Part shown: positions 48,896 through 59,205 of the stretch, piece after piece
How positions within the stretch are numbered: position 1 is the first letter of the stretch
Layout: each line of letters begins with the position of its first letter
From: a virus
Taxonomy: Duplodnaviria > Heunggongvirae > Uroviricota > Caudoviricetes
Virus record (IMG/VR): IMGVR_UViG_3300028048_000105
Strand: one strand, 5' to 3'
Length of the DNA stretch: 64,000 nucleotides
Made by a program: the position numbers and the translations under genes
Notes under the pieces: generated by a model
Seen by the model: the letters and a program-made list of their open reading frames with translations, nothing else
Database searches by the model: none
What the model was told of the DNA's origin: nothing

Positions 48896-50284
48896 CTAAA
48901 AATCATCATCCTGGTTGAAATCATCATCTGGTTCTGGAAACGGCTCATAGTCATCCTCGTCATCGTCGTCCTCATATTCTTTCGCACTGTCAAAGCGGAA
49001 TACAGGCTGATCTTCGGGAATGATAGGACCGACTTCAACAAGTCCATTTTCAAGTATTGCTCTAAGATTTGCGTTTCTGTACAGTGTCCTTGCTCTCAAC
49101 ACTTCAAAAGAATATCCTCTGCCACGCAGATTGTTTTCACGGATAAGTCTGTTCATACATTCTGTATATCCATTTGATATAGCAATCGGGCAGTCCCAAT
49201 AGGCAAATATCTGCTCATAAAAATTATGAACCGTACCTGAAAGTTCTCTGAATTTATCGTATAGTTTATCTTCAGGAATGGACTTTTCCCATTCTTCAAA
49301 AGCTTTCTGGGCGTTATCCTTTGAGGATGGATTTTTATCATAAATATTGAAAAAATCTTCCTTAAGATCAAATGCTATGGCAAGTGGCTCTGTGTCCGGG
49401 TTGTTCCTTGCTGCTTTTATCTTTGCCGCTTCTTCCGGATCAAGGTCATCAAGCCTGGTCTTGAGTGTATATGCAAGTCCCCGCTTAGTCTTAATGCGGT
49501 CTTTTTTAGTCATATCCTTCTGTATTTCACGCCTTACCGCATCAACAGCCTCATTTGCCTTCATAACTACGTGAAAGTGATCAATAGCCCACCTTGCATT
49601 AGGCATTGCATCCCCGATACTCTTCTCAAAAGGCCTGTACATGTCAGAGCACACCCACTTTACTTTTTCCCTGTCACGCAGTTCCATGAAATATTCTGTT
49701 AGGGATTTTTGATTTCTTCCCTGAAGGATATCATACAGTGTACGATGTTCTATGTCCGTAATGACTGTCAGCTCACCAAGTTTTTTGACTTTAATCTCGT
49801 CAATTCCTATAAACTCAGGAGTCCTAAACCGGAGATTTAGCTTGTTATCATTTAGAAAGTCTACAAATACATTTTTTACAGTATTAGCTGACAGAACAAA
49901 ATCCAGTGAAGCATCTTCAAAGGTGGTGCGCATTGAATGTTCTGTAAGGCTCATAAGCGCCCTGCGGGTCATCATGTGGTTTTCGTCAACATTGTATAGA
50001 TCTGGCTTCCAGACGTGTTTTTCACCTTCATTACGACATCTTTTACGAGGAATCTCAATATCAAGCACAACAGGACATCCCTGTAGTGGGGTATCATTTA
50101 CCTGTATCCGCCTTGAACCATGCTTATACATAGGACTGCCACATACCGGGCATATATCAGGGATTCCTCCGCTGTATTTTAGAGATATAACTTTGTAATG
50201 CTTTTTTTTGTCATACTTATCTTCAATGCTCTCAATATCATAGTCCTTGATACCAAGGAGCATTAAAGCCATGTTATTAGCCAT
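48896..50284 (-). CDS. ISL3-family transposase with acidic C-terminal tail
   Basis: N-terminal zf (CPVCGSP..C..C), DDE_Tnp_ISL3-like core; 462 aa. Confidence 0.75.
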   Translation of the reverse strand: MANNMALMLLGIKDYDIESIEDKYDKKKHYKVISLKYSGGIPDICPVCGSPMYKHGSRRIQVNDTPLQGCPVVLDIEIPRKRCRNEGEKHVWKPDLYNVDENHMMTRRALMSLTEHSMRTTFEDASLDFVLSANTVKNVFVDFLNDNKLNLRFRTPEFIGIDEIKVKKLGELTVITDIEHRTLYDILQGRNQKSLTEYFMELRDREKVKWVCSDMYRPFEKSIGDAMPNARWAIDHFHVVMKANEAVDAVRREIQKDMTKKDRIKTKRGLAYTLKTRLDDLDPEEAAKIKAARNNPDTEPLAIAFDLKEDFFNIYDKNPSSKDNAQKAFEEWEKSIPEDKLYDKFRELSGTVHNFYEQIFAYWDCPIAISNGYTECMNRLIRENNLRGRGYSFEVLRARTLYRNANLRAILENGLVEVGPIIPEDQPVFRFDSAKEYEDDDDEDDYEPFPEPDDDFNQDDDF

Positions 50285-50287
50285 ATT

Positions 50288-53200
50288 TTACTCCTTGTTG
50301 TGTGTGAACTCTGATATTTCCTCGATATCAAGATGCTTCTTCTTGTTTACAAGGTCATATATGAGCTCTGCAATAGGCCTGATTGCCTGCGGATCATCGA
50401 GGATCTGCGTGGCAAGCTGTCCAAGCTCATTGTTCTTAAGCGACAGGGCAGCGACCTTGATGATATTTTCAAGCCTTCCGTCAGCGATAATGGCTTCCTT
50501 GCTGTTTGTTGAGTTTCTTATCTGGATACGGCTTACGTCATCAGCTGATACTGAATCCACAATGGCATTGACCGCTCTTGCGCCTTCAACAGCAGGAACA
50601 TCTTCACCAAATGCTTCATTCAGCTTTTCTACAATTTCTTTCAGAGATGATCTCTTTTTCTTTGAGGTGCCGGAACCCGAGCCCATAGGACGAAGGATTG
50701 CCGGATCATCGTCACCGCCGGGAAGAGGTCTGTCTACTTCGCTTATGCGGTAATCGGACAGTACAAGGCTTGAAATATCAATCTCTTCAAGGGCTGTTCC
50801 GTCAAGCCTCTTTAATAGCAGCTTTGCGAAGCCATAGAAAATCTCAAGTTCAGGCTCACCAAGGTCTACTATCTGCGAAATAAAGGTATAGGAGGAACAG
50901 TATTTCTTAAGGTCTTTCTTGAAATCAAGAAGTTTTTCCTGTTCTTTTCCAATCTCTTCCAGTTTAGTTTCTGCCTGTGCCAGAAGATCGTTATTGCCCG
51001 TTCTCTTTGCTTCTTCCTTATTGGAACTCCATGTGGCAAAGGAGTTATGGTTAGCCTTGTAAGCATTGTTCCATCTCTCGGCAGGGGCAGATACAGCCTG
51101 ATACAGTTTCTTCCTGTATGCGTCCTTTACGGATGCAGAAATAGCGTCTATGGACTTGTAACGGACATCCCGATAAATATTTATCTCATCCTGTGTATAG
51201 ACATCACGTTCATCAAGACGCTTCTTTGTGTCATATACGATTTCAAGTTTCTGGGCATGTTCCATATGTGCGCCGCGGTCATACTTATTAAAGGCTCTTT
51301 CCACGGTCTCAGGATCATTTACGAAGTCCACCACGAATACGTGATCTTTTCCTGAGAATGTACGGTTAAGACGGGAATAGGTCTGCACGATCTCGATGTC
51401 GTTACAGAGCTTCTTGTCAATGTACATAGCGCAGAGCTTTGGCTGGTTAAAGCCCGTCTGGAACTTGTCACACACGATCATGATGCGATTTTCAGGCTTG
51501 TCAAAGGCAACTTCCACCTTCTGATAACCGATATTGTTGGAATTCTCTTCCGTGTAGTCATAGTCCCTGCGGATGGCAGCAAAAGGATTCTCCTTAAGGT
51601 ACTCAAACTCCGTGATTGTGTTCTCGTCCTCATCTGTGATAGCCATAGCGCCATTTACCTTGCCGGAGAATGCCACAAGGGGTTCGCCCGGTACCTGAAA
51701 ACGGATGGCATCTTTTACCTTTTCCCTGTCATATTCAGGGTGTGCGTTAAGATACGCTTCAATAGCATACTTATAGCGGATAACAGCGGGACGGGACGAT
51801 GCTACGATCATTGCCTTTGCCTGTCCGCCAAGCATCATGGAGACATTCTTTATGAAATGCTCGATGATAAACTGTGTTTTTTGCATTACATTGGTAGGAT
51901 GCAATGACTCCCACATGGCGATGGTTCGCATTGCAGCATGTTCATCCACAAGTTTGTCCGACACGATATCCTCTTTCAGCTTATATGCGGTCTTGTAAGG
52001 TATATAACCCTGTAAAACGTCAAGGATGTAACCTTCCTCAATAGCCTGTCTCATAGGATACAGATCAAATGATTCGGGAATAGGCCTGCCGGTCTTTTCA
52101 TCAATTTTATCAGAGTCACGCCCGAATAATGTCTTTGTTTCGGGTTTTGGAGTAGCGGTATAAGCAAAGAATGATACGTTCTCAGGCCATGTGCGGTCCC
52201 CCTGCTCATTCTTGAAATAGGCAAGTATCATTTCTTCATCAGTTACAGCAGCGTCAGGATCGCCAGTTTCCTTGGATTTGTCTTTTGACGCAAGTTTAAG
52301 GGCAGCTTTCATTTTTCCTGCAAACTGTCCCGTCTGGGAAGAATGTGCCTCGTCGATAAGAACAGCAAAGTTAGCGCCTTCGAGCATATCATCAGATGCT
52401 ATCTCTTCAAGGGCAAACGGGAATGTTTGGAGGGTAACAACAATGATCTCCCGTCTGTCATGTAGAGCTTTTGCGAGCTGTTTGTTCTTCGCTCCCTGCG
52501 AACGGGTACCCTCGTCACCACCGATCATTTCAATAAGGCCGGGAGTCTTTTTGAGCTGCTTTATCGTGCCCTTGATGTTGGAATCAAGCCCTACACGGTC
52601 TGTAACAACGATTACCGAAGAAAATACCTTTTCTCCGTCAGGCTTTCTGATATTGATAAGCTCATGGGCAGTCCATGAGATCGTCTCCGTCTTTCCAGAG
52701 CCTGCGGAATGCTCTATGAGGTAGCGTCTGCCAACACCGTTATCCTTTACATCGTTAAGGCACTTTGTAACACAGTTCCACTGATGAAAGCGTGGGAAAA
52801 GCTGTGTACGGACTTCCTTGAGCCTTCCCGTGGCATCTTCCTTCTTTGATACGCTCTCAAAGATGAAATCATGAAAAATGCGGAGCCAGTTTTCCTTCTG
52901 GCATATCTCGTTCCAGAAATAGCCTGTAGGATAATCATCAGCGCCATCTTTCATTGGATCATTGCCTGCGTGACCGTCAGAGGTCCCCTTGTTGAACGGA
53001 AGAAAATGCGGTTCATCCGGTTCAAGGTTGGTGCACATCCAGATCTCATCCTCTGAAATAGCAAAATGAACGACAGCACCACGTTTGTACATCAGAAGAG
53101 GGTTCTTTCTTCTTGTGCCGGGTTCAATAGGCTTTCTTTGGGTCTGATATTCTTCAATAGCATCCTGCACTGTCTGGGTAAGCTCTGTCTTTATTTCAGC

Positions 53201-53668
53201 AGTAGCAACAGGAATGCCATTGATGAAGAATACAAGGTCAAGCGATTTATTTCCTGCGGTCTGATAGTGTACCTGGTGCATCACCCTGAGAATATTAGCA
53301 TTATATTTCTGCTTGATATTGGGAATACGGGTATCGTCAGGGTAATGGCCTGAACACTCAATGGTCTGATAGCCCGCCATTACAAAACCGTTACGAAGTG
53401 TCTGCACGGTTCCGTCAACTTCAAGAGAATTGATAAGTGCCTTTTCAAGGTTTCCTTTCCAATTTGTTCCAAATCCTTTCTGCATCTTTTCGATCTTATC
53501 AGGTGATATGGCAGTAACATAGTCAATAAAATCATCAAGAACAAGAGCAGTATTAGCATCAAAACCTGCGTCATTCTTGCTGATCTGCCAGCCATTTTTT
53601 GACAGTTCTTCGAGCTTACGGCTGATATAGTGCTCAAAGTTTGTTTCCAGTCTGATGTCTTCAGGCAT
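50288..53668 (-). CDS. hsdR: Type I restriction enzyme R subunit HsdR
   Basis: SF2 helicase motifs SAGSGKT, DEAH (LIDEAHSS); 1126 aa. Confidence 0.85.
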   Translation of the reverse strand: MPEDIRLETNFEHYISRKLEELSKNGWQISKNDAGFDANTALVLDDFIDYVTAISPDKIEKMQKGFGTNWKGNLEKALINSLEVDGTVQTLRNGFVMAGYQTIECSGHYPDDTRIPNIKQKYNANILRVMHQVHYQTAGNKSLDLVFFINGIPVATAEIKTELTQTVQDAIEEYQTQRKPIEPGTRRKNPLLMYKRGAVVHFAISEDEIWMCTNLEPDEPHFLPFNKGTSDGHAGNDPMKDGADDYPTGYFWNEICQKENWLRIFHDFIFESVSKKEDATGRLKEVRTQLFPRFHQWNCVTKCLNDVKDNGVGRRYLIEHSAGSGKTETISWTAHELINIRKPDGEKVFSSVIVVTDRVGLDSNIKGTIKQLKKTPGLIEMIGGDEGTRSQGAKNKQLAKALHDRREIIVVTLQTFPFALEEIASDDMLEGANFAVLIDEAHSSQTGQFAGKMKAALKLASKDKSKETGDPDAAVTDEEMILAYFKNEQGDRTWPENVSFFAYTATPKPETKTLFGRDSDKIDEKTGRPIPESFDLYPMRQAIEEGYILDVLQGYIPYKTAYKLKEDIVSDKLVDEHAAMRTIAMWESLHPTNVMQKTQFIIEHFIKNVSMMLGGQAKAMIVASSRPAVIRYKYAIEAYLNAHPEYDREKVKDAIRFQVPGEPLVAFSGKVNGAMAITDEDENTITEFEYLKENPFAAIRRDYDYTEENSNNIGYQKVEVAFDKPENRIMIVCDKFQTGFNQPKLCAMYIDKKLCNDIEIVQTYSRLNRTFSGKDHVFVVDFVNDPETVERAFNKYDRGAHMEHAQKLEIVYDTKKRLDERDVYTQDEINIYRDVRYKSIDAISASVKDAYRKKLYQAVSAPAERWNNAYKANHNSFATWSSNKEEAKRTGNNDLLAQAETKLEEIGKEQEKLLDFKKDLKKYCSSYTFISQIVDLGEPELEIFYGFAKLLLKRLDGTALEEIDISSLVLSDYRISEVDRPLPGGDDDPAILRPMGSGSGTSKKKRSSLKEIVEKLNEAFGEDVPAVEGARAVNAIVDSVSADDVSRIQIRNSTNSKEAIIADGRLENIIKVAALSLKNNELGQLATQILDDPQAIRPIAELIYDLVNKKKHLDIEEISEFTHNKE

Positions 53669-53682
53669 TTTTATATCCTCCT

Positions 53683-55065
53683 TTATCTGAGATAATAGGC
53701 AGCCTGTCTGCCAAGATTAAGTGTAAGTGCTTCTTCAAATCCTCTTGATACATCACTCTGTCTGCTCGAAGCATGAGTACATTCATGTATCAGGGTTCCT
53801 GCAAAGGCTTCAATAGATGAAAGCTGAGAGCGCTTTATCCATACAATGCCTTTCTTTGCATCCCATAATCCGAGTGTCTGTGATTTCTGTTCATCAGAGT
53901 ACAGCTCCTCAGATATTTTTATGCTTGAAACAACGCCCGGTAGTCCGCCCATGAAAGCTAATATTTCGGGCATTTTGTTGTAAACGTCCTGCTCGGCTTT
54001 TGTAAGCGCAGATATATCTATTGCGTCACCAGAGAAGGATTCGTTTTTCTTCTGGTTGTATTTTCCTATTGTTGTTACACTTCGGATGGAAGTAGCTTTT
54101 TCTTTGAGCTTGTCAGGAATGATAAATACCTGGTATCCGTCATCCTGAGCATCGGATATCTCCATGCGCCGATTCACCGCTTCCTCGCCCGTAACAAACA
54201 GAAGCTTGTTATTGATGCGGGATAGCTGTTCTATAACATACATCTGAACATCAATCCAGTTCATTTCATCGTGTCCGCCGCCCTTTACGACCATTTCAAG
54301 GTCTTTCATAAGAGATTTAAGAACATCCTCATTTTCGGCGCTTTTAACGATATTTTTAACGGAATCTGTATAAGCAGCACGACCCACGTTATCACGCTCC
54401 CTGTTAAGAGCTTTTCGGAGTTTTGTCGGGAGGTTTGTGATGTTGTAGGAATAGAGGAAATTGCTTTCCTCAGCTACTTTTACGCCATGGATATAGATGT
54501 TTGCAGGCTTACGAAGTGGTTTATCAAGTATCTGCCCGAAACCTGTGGATTCCAATACTATTTCATCTGAAAAGCACAGGAACAGCCTCTTTGCTGTTTC
54601 GATATCTTCATCACTACACCCCTCAAGAGAGAAGTCTGTACCGACCATTTCAGCGTCATCAGGATCAGATATCTCAGCATGAAGCGTAGTTACATCATCA
54701 AATCCTTCCTTCTGAAGCTGTTTAAGCCTAATAGTGCCATATTTTGAACGGATAACCACCTTTATGTCATGACGAAAGAACACCGCAAGGGAATCCTTTA
54801 AACCGACACCAAACTTACCGATAAGACCGTCTGCGGAGAGCTTTTCGTCATTCTCATTCTGCGTGAGATGATGATAATTAAGCCCCCTGCCATAGTCGGT
54901 AATATGCCAGATGCCATTTTCTTTATGGATACTGATATCAGCTGTTCTTGTCAGTTTCTGTTCATCGAGCGCATTTGCGATAACTTCTCTGACAGCATGG
55001 TAAACTTCCCAGTTTTCCAGTATCTTTTCTATATTGAGATCAAATTCTTTAACCATAGGTATCAA
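53683..55065 (-). CDS. GHKL (Bergerat-fold) ATPase fused to C-terminal HExxH region
   Basis: N-box EVIANALDE, G1 box DYGRGL, C-terminal LIHECTHA. Confidence 0.55.
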   Translation of the reverse strand: MIPMVKEFDLNIEKILENWEVYHAVREVIANALDEQKLTRTADISIHKENGIWHITDYGRGLNYHHLTQNENDEKLSADGLIGKFGVGLKDSLAVFFRHDIKVVIRSKYGTIRLKQLQKEGFDDVTTLHAEISDPDDAEMVGTDFSLEGCSDEDIETAKRLFLCFSDEIVLESTGFGQILDKPLRKPANIYIHGVKVAEESNFLYSYNITNLPTKLRKALNRERDNVGRAAYTDSVKNIVKSAENEDVLKSLMKDLEMVVKGGGHDEMNWIDVQMYVIEQLSRINNKLLFVTGEEAVNRRMEISDAQDDGYQVFIIPDKLKEKATSIRSVTTIGKYNQKKNESFSGDAIDISALTKAEQDVYNKMPEILAFMGGLPGVVSSIKISEELYSDEQKSQTLGLWDAKKGIVWIKRSQLSSIEAFAGTLIHECTHASSRQSDVSRGFEEALTLNLGRQAAYYLR

Positions 55066-55673
55066 AACACCTTCTGCATTCGTTGTAATGCTTCATCCCT
55101 GTTATCGCTATGGAACACTTCTTTATCAAATGTATCAAGCTGAACTTTCTTATATTCGTCAGCGTGATTGTAGTATTCAATAGCGTTACTGCATAGAGCA
55201 TAAATAAGGACACCCATATTAACAACAGGTCTGCCAAATTGCCATTTACCATCAACAAATGATTGTGATTGAATGGGATATTCAGCATTGGAATACGCCA
55301 TATCAAACAGATAATGTTCACCTTTCATATCACCTTCATGAGTGAGATTGTTTCTCAACCCGTAAAGTCTGTTTGCAAGATGCTCCATTCCGTCAGTATA
55401 CGCACTGTCTTGGGTCGGGCAGTTGTCCTTGCATACATTCATTTCTGAATTCAGATTATGACAATTCAAACAAGAGATAGTGGCCTCTATTGGGCATACG
55501 CCTTTCAGAAAATCTTTTGTCCATTGCTTATAGTGGTGTCCCACCCCTGTGTTTGGATATTCCACCTTGCCACATATATCAGGTAATGATATAGCAGCAG
55601 GAAGAACAACACGCCCAAACCCTTGCTTTCTCGCCTTTTCAATTTCTTCGCAATACTCTATGAAATGACTCAT
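55062..55673 (-). CDS. hypothetical Cys-rich protein, partner of the GHKL ATPase
   Basis: 203 aa, overlaps both neighbours by 4 nt. Confidence 0.45.
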   Translation of the reverse strand: MSHFIEYCEEIEKARKQGFGRVVLPAAISLPDICGKVEYPNTGVGHHYKQWTKDFLKGVCPIEATISCLNCHNLNSEMNVCKDNCPTQDSAYTDGMEHLANRLYGLRNNLTHEGDMKGEHYLFDMAYSNAEYPIQSQSFVDGKWQFGRPVVNMGVLIYALCSNAIEYYNHADEYKKVQLDTFDKEVFHSDNRDEALQRMQKVF

Positions 55674-56929
55674 ACAACCTCATTTCTGCAATCAATTTTG
55701 CCTGTAACAGCGTAGTAAATAAGGGATTTTTTGTATTCTTCCCATTTGTTTATAGCCTCTTGCTTTTTAGCAATAAGAGAATCAACAGAAGCGCATTTCT
55801 TATGAATGTAGTTCACAATATCCGTCTGTTCTTGCTCCGAAGGGACAAGCACATAAGTCCTAACAAAGTCCCAGTAATCAAGGCTTTGGCGCAAGCCACC
55901 ACCCATACTATAAAATACCTTTTCTATGTCATAGCAATGGAGCAGATAATGATAATATTCTGAGTTCACACCTGCCTTGGGTTTTAATGTCATATATGCC
56001 GATGTGATGATGCCGCGTTCTTTTACAAGTCCGGTTCTAAGACTTCTATGGTCATTTTGAAGATCCGTACCACGAATAACAATATCATCGGCTTCAACAA
56101 TGTTGTATCCGTCAAATGATTCCGGAAGAAGTCCCTCTTTGGTATCAATGTTTTTACGAATAATGTTTCCATAGCTGAGCGATAAAAGGTTCTTTTCCTG
56201 CAAATACTTATTTTTATTGAGTCTGCGAGAATAAAACTTGCGGAGCTGTTTAACCCCCCACATCTCCGGCACCTCACCAATCCACTCAACCCCCGAATCT
56301 TTCATCATCGTATCCGGATCAAGCCCCTTTGTCACAGCCTTTGTAATGACAGCCTTCTTGTATTCTTCCAGTTTCTCAATGGATTTCTTTGTCTTTTCGA
56401 TTGCTGTGTCGATGGCTGAGCACTTGCGGTCAAGGAAACTAGCAATCTGGCGCTGTTCATGTAATTCTGGGAATACAATATAAGAATTATTCATTATCCC
56501 CATGGTAATGAAGCCCATGGTTGTCTCATGGATTTCTGCTTTTAATGCTTCAGTAATGGTAGATAAATAATAAAAGGCAAATTTTTTATCAATGTTGTTT
56601 GAAAGAATTGCTTTCCAAATATGGTAGTGGAATATAACCTTATCCCCCGACCATATAAATGGTGCATACGACATAGACCAAGCATAAAGCAAGTCACCAT
56701 TACAACAGTATTTTTCAGGTTCCAATTCCAAACTTGATGTATACCATGTGGGATTTGTAAAAAGGTTTCCAACTCTTAATACTCGGTATTTCCCGTTTTC
56801 TTCAAACTCGGAATCTTTATACGCTCTTCCATTAAGAAGCTGTATTTCATATTTCTGTTTGCAACAATTCCAATCAGAAGGAATTTGACCTATCCATTTG
56901 ATTCCTGAATCTTTCAGCTCTCTGCTCAT
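55670..56929 (-). CDS. hsdS: Type I R-M specificity subunit HsdS (two TRDs)
   Basis: Two target-recognition repeats each beginning ..W.GQIPSDW / ..WIGEVPEMW; 419 aa. Confidence 0.8.
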   Translation of the reverse strand: MSRELKDSGIKWIGQIPSDWNCCKQKYEIQLLNGRAYKDSEFEENGKYRVLRVGNLFTNPTWYTSSLELEPEKYCCNGDLLYAWSMSYAPFIWSGDKVIFHYHIWKAILSNNIDKKFAFYYLSTITEALKAEIHETTMGFITMGIMNNSYIVFPELHEQRQIASFLDRKCSAIDTAIEKTKKSIEKLEEYKKAVITKAVTKGLDPDTMMKDSGVEWIGEVPEMWGVKQLRKFYSRRLNKNKYLQEKNLLSLSYGNIIRKNIDTKEGLLPESFDGYNIVEADDIVIRGTDLQNDHRSLRTGLVKERGIITSAYMTLKPKAGVNSEYYHYLLHCYDIEKVFYSMGGGLRQSLDYWDFVRTYVLVPSEQEQTDIVNYIHKKCASVDSLIAKKQEAINKWEEYKKSLIYYAVTGKIDCRNEVV

Positions 56930-58983
56930 ACAAACACTCCCTTCAGAGCCTCTTCAATCTCAGGCTCAAGAGCTTCCAGTTCTGCCATTATCTCTGCCGG
57001 ATCACGGGGAGCTTCATAATGGTAGAAGTATTTGTCAAAGGATATCTGCGTTCCGACAACGCCTGTCTTTTGGTCGCCCATTACTCCTGTATCAATAACA
57101 GTGTCATCAACCCATGCATCGGGCACGTAAGGATATACTTCTTTCTCCATGTATTCGTTGATGTCCTGCTCAAAAGGTACTTTTTCGACATCCTTAAGAT
57201 CAGGATCGGGTACGGGCTTGCCGTTCTTGTCGTAAACAATATCCTCATCATCCTCAGTCTTTACCCCAAATACCTTAATAAAGGCATCCTGAAGCTGCTT
57301 ATTTGTTATCTCGGGCTTATCAAGTTTATCCCTGAAATCAGATGAGTGACTGATGAACCAGTTATACTTAACAGTCTGACCGTCCATGGCTGCTACAGCA
57401 CGCTTTAATGTATCCTTGTTGGTCTCGGATAGTTTCTGCATAGCTTTTATCTCAAACAGTTCATCCCACTTTTCAAGGTCAAATGTAACCACCTGTTTAA
57501 GTGGTCTCTGTACAGTAACAGCACGGTACATGAACTCTTCAACAGGAAGAAGCTCTGACTTGCCGCCGTTATGTCCGTCAATATAGGTCTGGATGATCCA
57601 TTGCATTTTTGCATCCGGAATATCCTTACGCTTATTTCCAAGAGACTTCCTGCGAAGCTCGCCGCAATCAGAAGCATCAATGAGCTGTATCTTGCCTTTG
57701 CGGTTATCATCTTTCTTTGTGCTCAGAATCCACAGATAGGTGTTGATGCCAGTTCGGAAAAAGATATCCGTTGGAAGTTTTACTACGCAGTCAACGAGAT
57801 CGTTCCTAAAGAGCCATCTTCTTATATCAGAAGGGCCCGAACCTGCATCACCATTAAAGAGAGGAGATGCAGAAAGGACGATACCCGCCTTTGCGCCACC
57901 TTCTTCTTCAGTCTTCATGTGAGCGACCATATTCTGAATAAAGAGCATAGAGCCGTCGCTTATTGACGGAAGACCGGCTCCAAAGCGTCCTGCAAATCCA
58001 TGGTTCGCCTCGGCACGGACTTCCTCTGCCTCTTTTTCCCATTTTTTACCGTAAGGCGGATTTGAAACACAGTAGTCGAAGTGCATATCTTCGAATTGGT
58101 CGTCCGAAAGTGTATCAGCGTTCAGGATATGAGCTGACAAATCTTTTGTCTGATCGTATACATCTTTCTCCGTATCAGAAACATTTCTGATAAGAAGATT
58201 GGCCTTACCCATAGCCCATGTAACGCCGGATAGCTCCTGTCCGTAAGGGACAATGACAGCAGGAGCTTTCATCTGCTTGTTTTCATGCCATTCATTAAGA
58301 AGATCCAGAGCATCAGTAATAAACCCGCCTGTACCGCATGTCTGATCATAAAGAGTTCTTACGATACCTGTATCAGAGCTCATAAGCTCATCATCATTGG
58401 CAAAGATCATACCTATAGCGAGCCTTACAATATCCTTGGGGGTCATGAAATCTTCGGCGTCCTCAGCAATCTCATCGCCGTAACGCTGTATAAGGTGTTC
58501 ATATATATCCGACATATCCCTGTCGGTAACTGTATCTGAATCAAAGGGTAAAGCAGAGAACTTCTGACATACGGAATAGAGCATACCGTTATCATGCAGC
58601 TTCTTGCAGGTATTCTCCATTTCAAATTTAAGTAAGATATCACGGGCATTTGGTGAAAAGCCGTTGATATAAGAATCAAGAGCAGCGTAGGTATCTGATG
58701 CTCCGAGATTGTTAAGCCTGAATCCGGTCACGTTATAAAACGCCTTGCCGGAATACTGACAGTAGTTGTCGGACTCACGCCCCCAGTCATCCTCATGCTC
58801 TTCAAGTGCAGCACATACGGCAGCTCTTGTTGGTTCAAGAGCGCACTCAAGCCTTCTGAGAAGTGCAAAAGGCAGGACTACCTTGTTATAGTCTGCCCTG
58901 GATATTACATCCCTAACGTAGTCTGCGATGTTCCAAATCTCATTAACATAGTCCAGATTTGTTTTCTTTTGTTCTTCAGCCAT
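56926..58983 (-). CDS. hsdM: Type I R-M N6-adenine methyltransferase HsdM
   Basis: HsdM_N signature IWNIADYVRDVI, catalytic NPPYG, SAM-binding motifs; 685 aa. Confidence 0.85.
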   Translation of the reverse strand: MAEEQKKTNLDYVNEIWNIADYVRDVISRADYNKVVLPFALLRRLECALEPTRAAVCAALEEHEDDWGRESDNYCQYSGKAFYNVTGFRLNNLGASDTYAALDSYINGFSPNARDILLKFEMENTCKKLHDNGMLYSVCQKFSALPFDSDTVTDRDMSDIYEHLIQRYGDEIAEDAEDFMTPKDIVRLAIGMIFANDDELMSSDTGIVRTLYDQTCGTGGFITDALDLLNEWHENKQMKAPAVIVPYGQELSGVTWAMGKANLLIRNVSDTEKDVYDQTKDLSAHILNADTLSDDQFEDMHFDYCVSNPPYGKKWEKEAEEVRAEANHGFAGRFGAGLPSISDGSMLFIQNMVAHMKTEEEGGAKAGIVLSASPLFNGDAGSGPSDIRRWLFRNDLVDCVVKLPTDIFFRTGINTYLWILSTKKDDNRKGKIQLIDASDCGELRRKSLGNKRKDIPDAKMQWIIQTYIDGHNGGKSELLPVEEFMYRAVTVQRPLKQVVTFDLEKWDELFEIKAMQKLSETNKDTLKRAVAAMDGQTVKYNWFISHSSDFRDKLDKPEITNKQLQDAFIKVFGVKTEDDEDIVYDKNGKPVPDPDLKDVEKVPFEQDINEYMEKEVYPYVPDAWVDDTVIDTGVMGDQKTGVVGTQISFDKYFYHYEAPRDPAEIMAELEALEPEIEEALKGVFV

Positions 58984-59205
58984 TAGTTACTCCTTTATAT
59001 TAAATGTTATTTTCAACCACTTTTTGAGGAAACACCCCTATTAAAATATATCACACATACACGTACGTTTCAACCACTTTTTGAGGAAACACTACTTATA
59101 TTATGGTAATAAAAATAGCCAGGTAGAACAATGTCTACCTGACTATATGCTTTTGATATTTCAACCACAGAGGGTTATATATTTTGCTTATTCAGATATA
59201 GGTTT

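Noticed and set aside
59004-59084. Two perfect 25-nt repeats TTTCAACCACTTTTTGAGGAAACAC 56 bp apart, possible second CRISPR type
   Set aside because: The same core (AAAAAGTGGTTGAA) occurs in inverted orientation at the other flank of the R-M island (48715, 48781) and in degenerate subterminal copies. This fits transposon-end or protein-binding repeats better than a CRISPR array. Left as uncertain.
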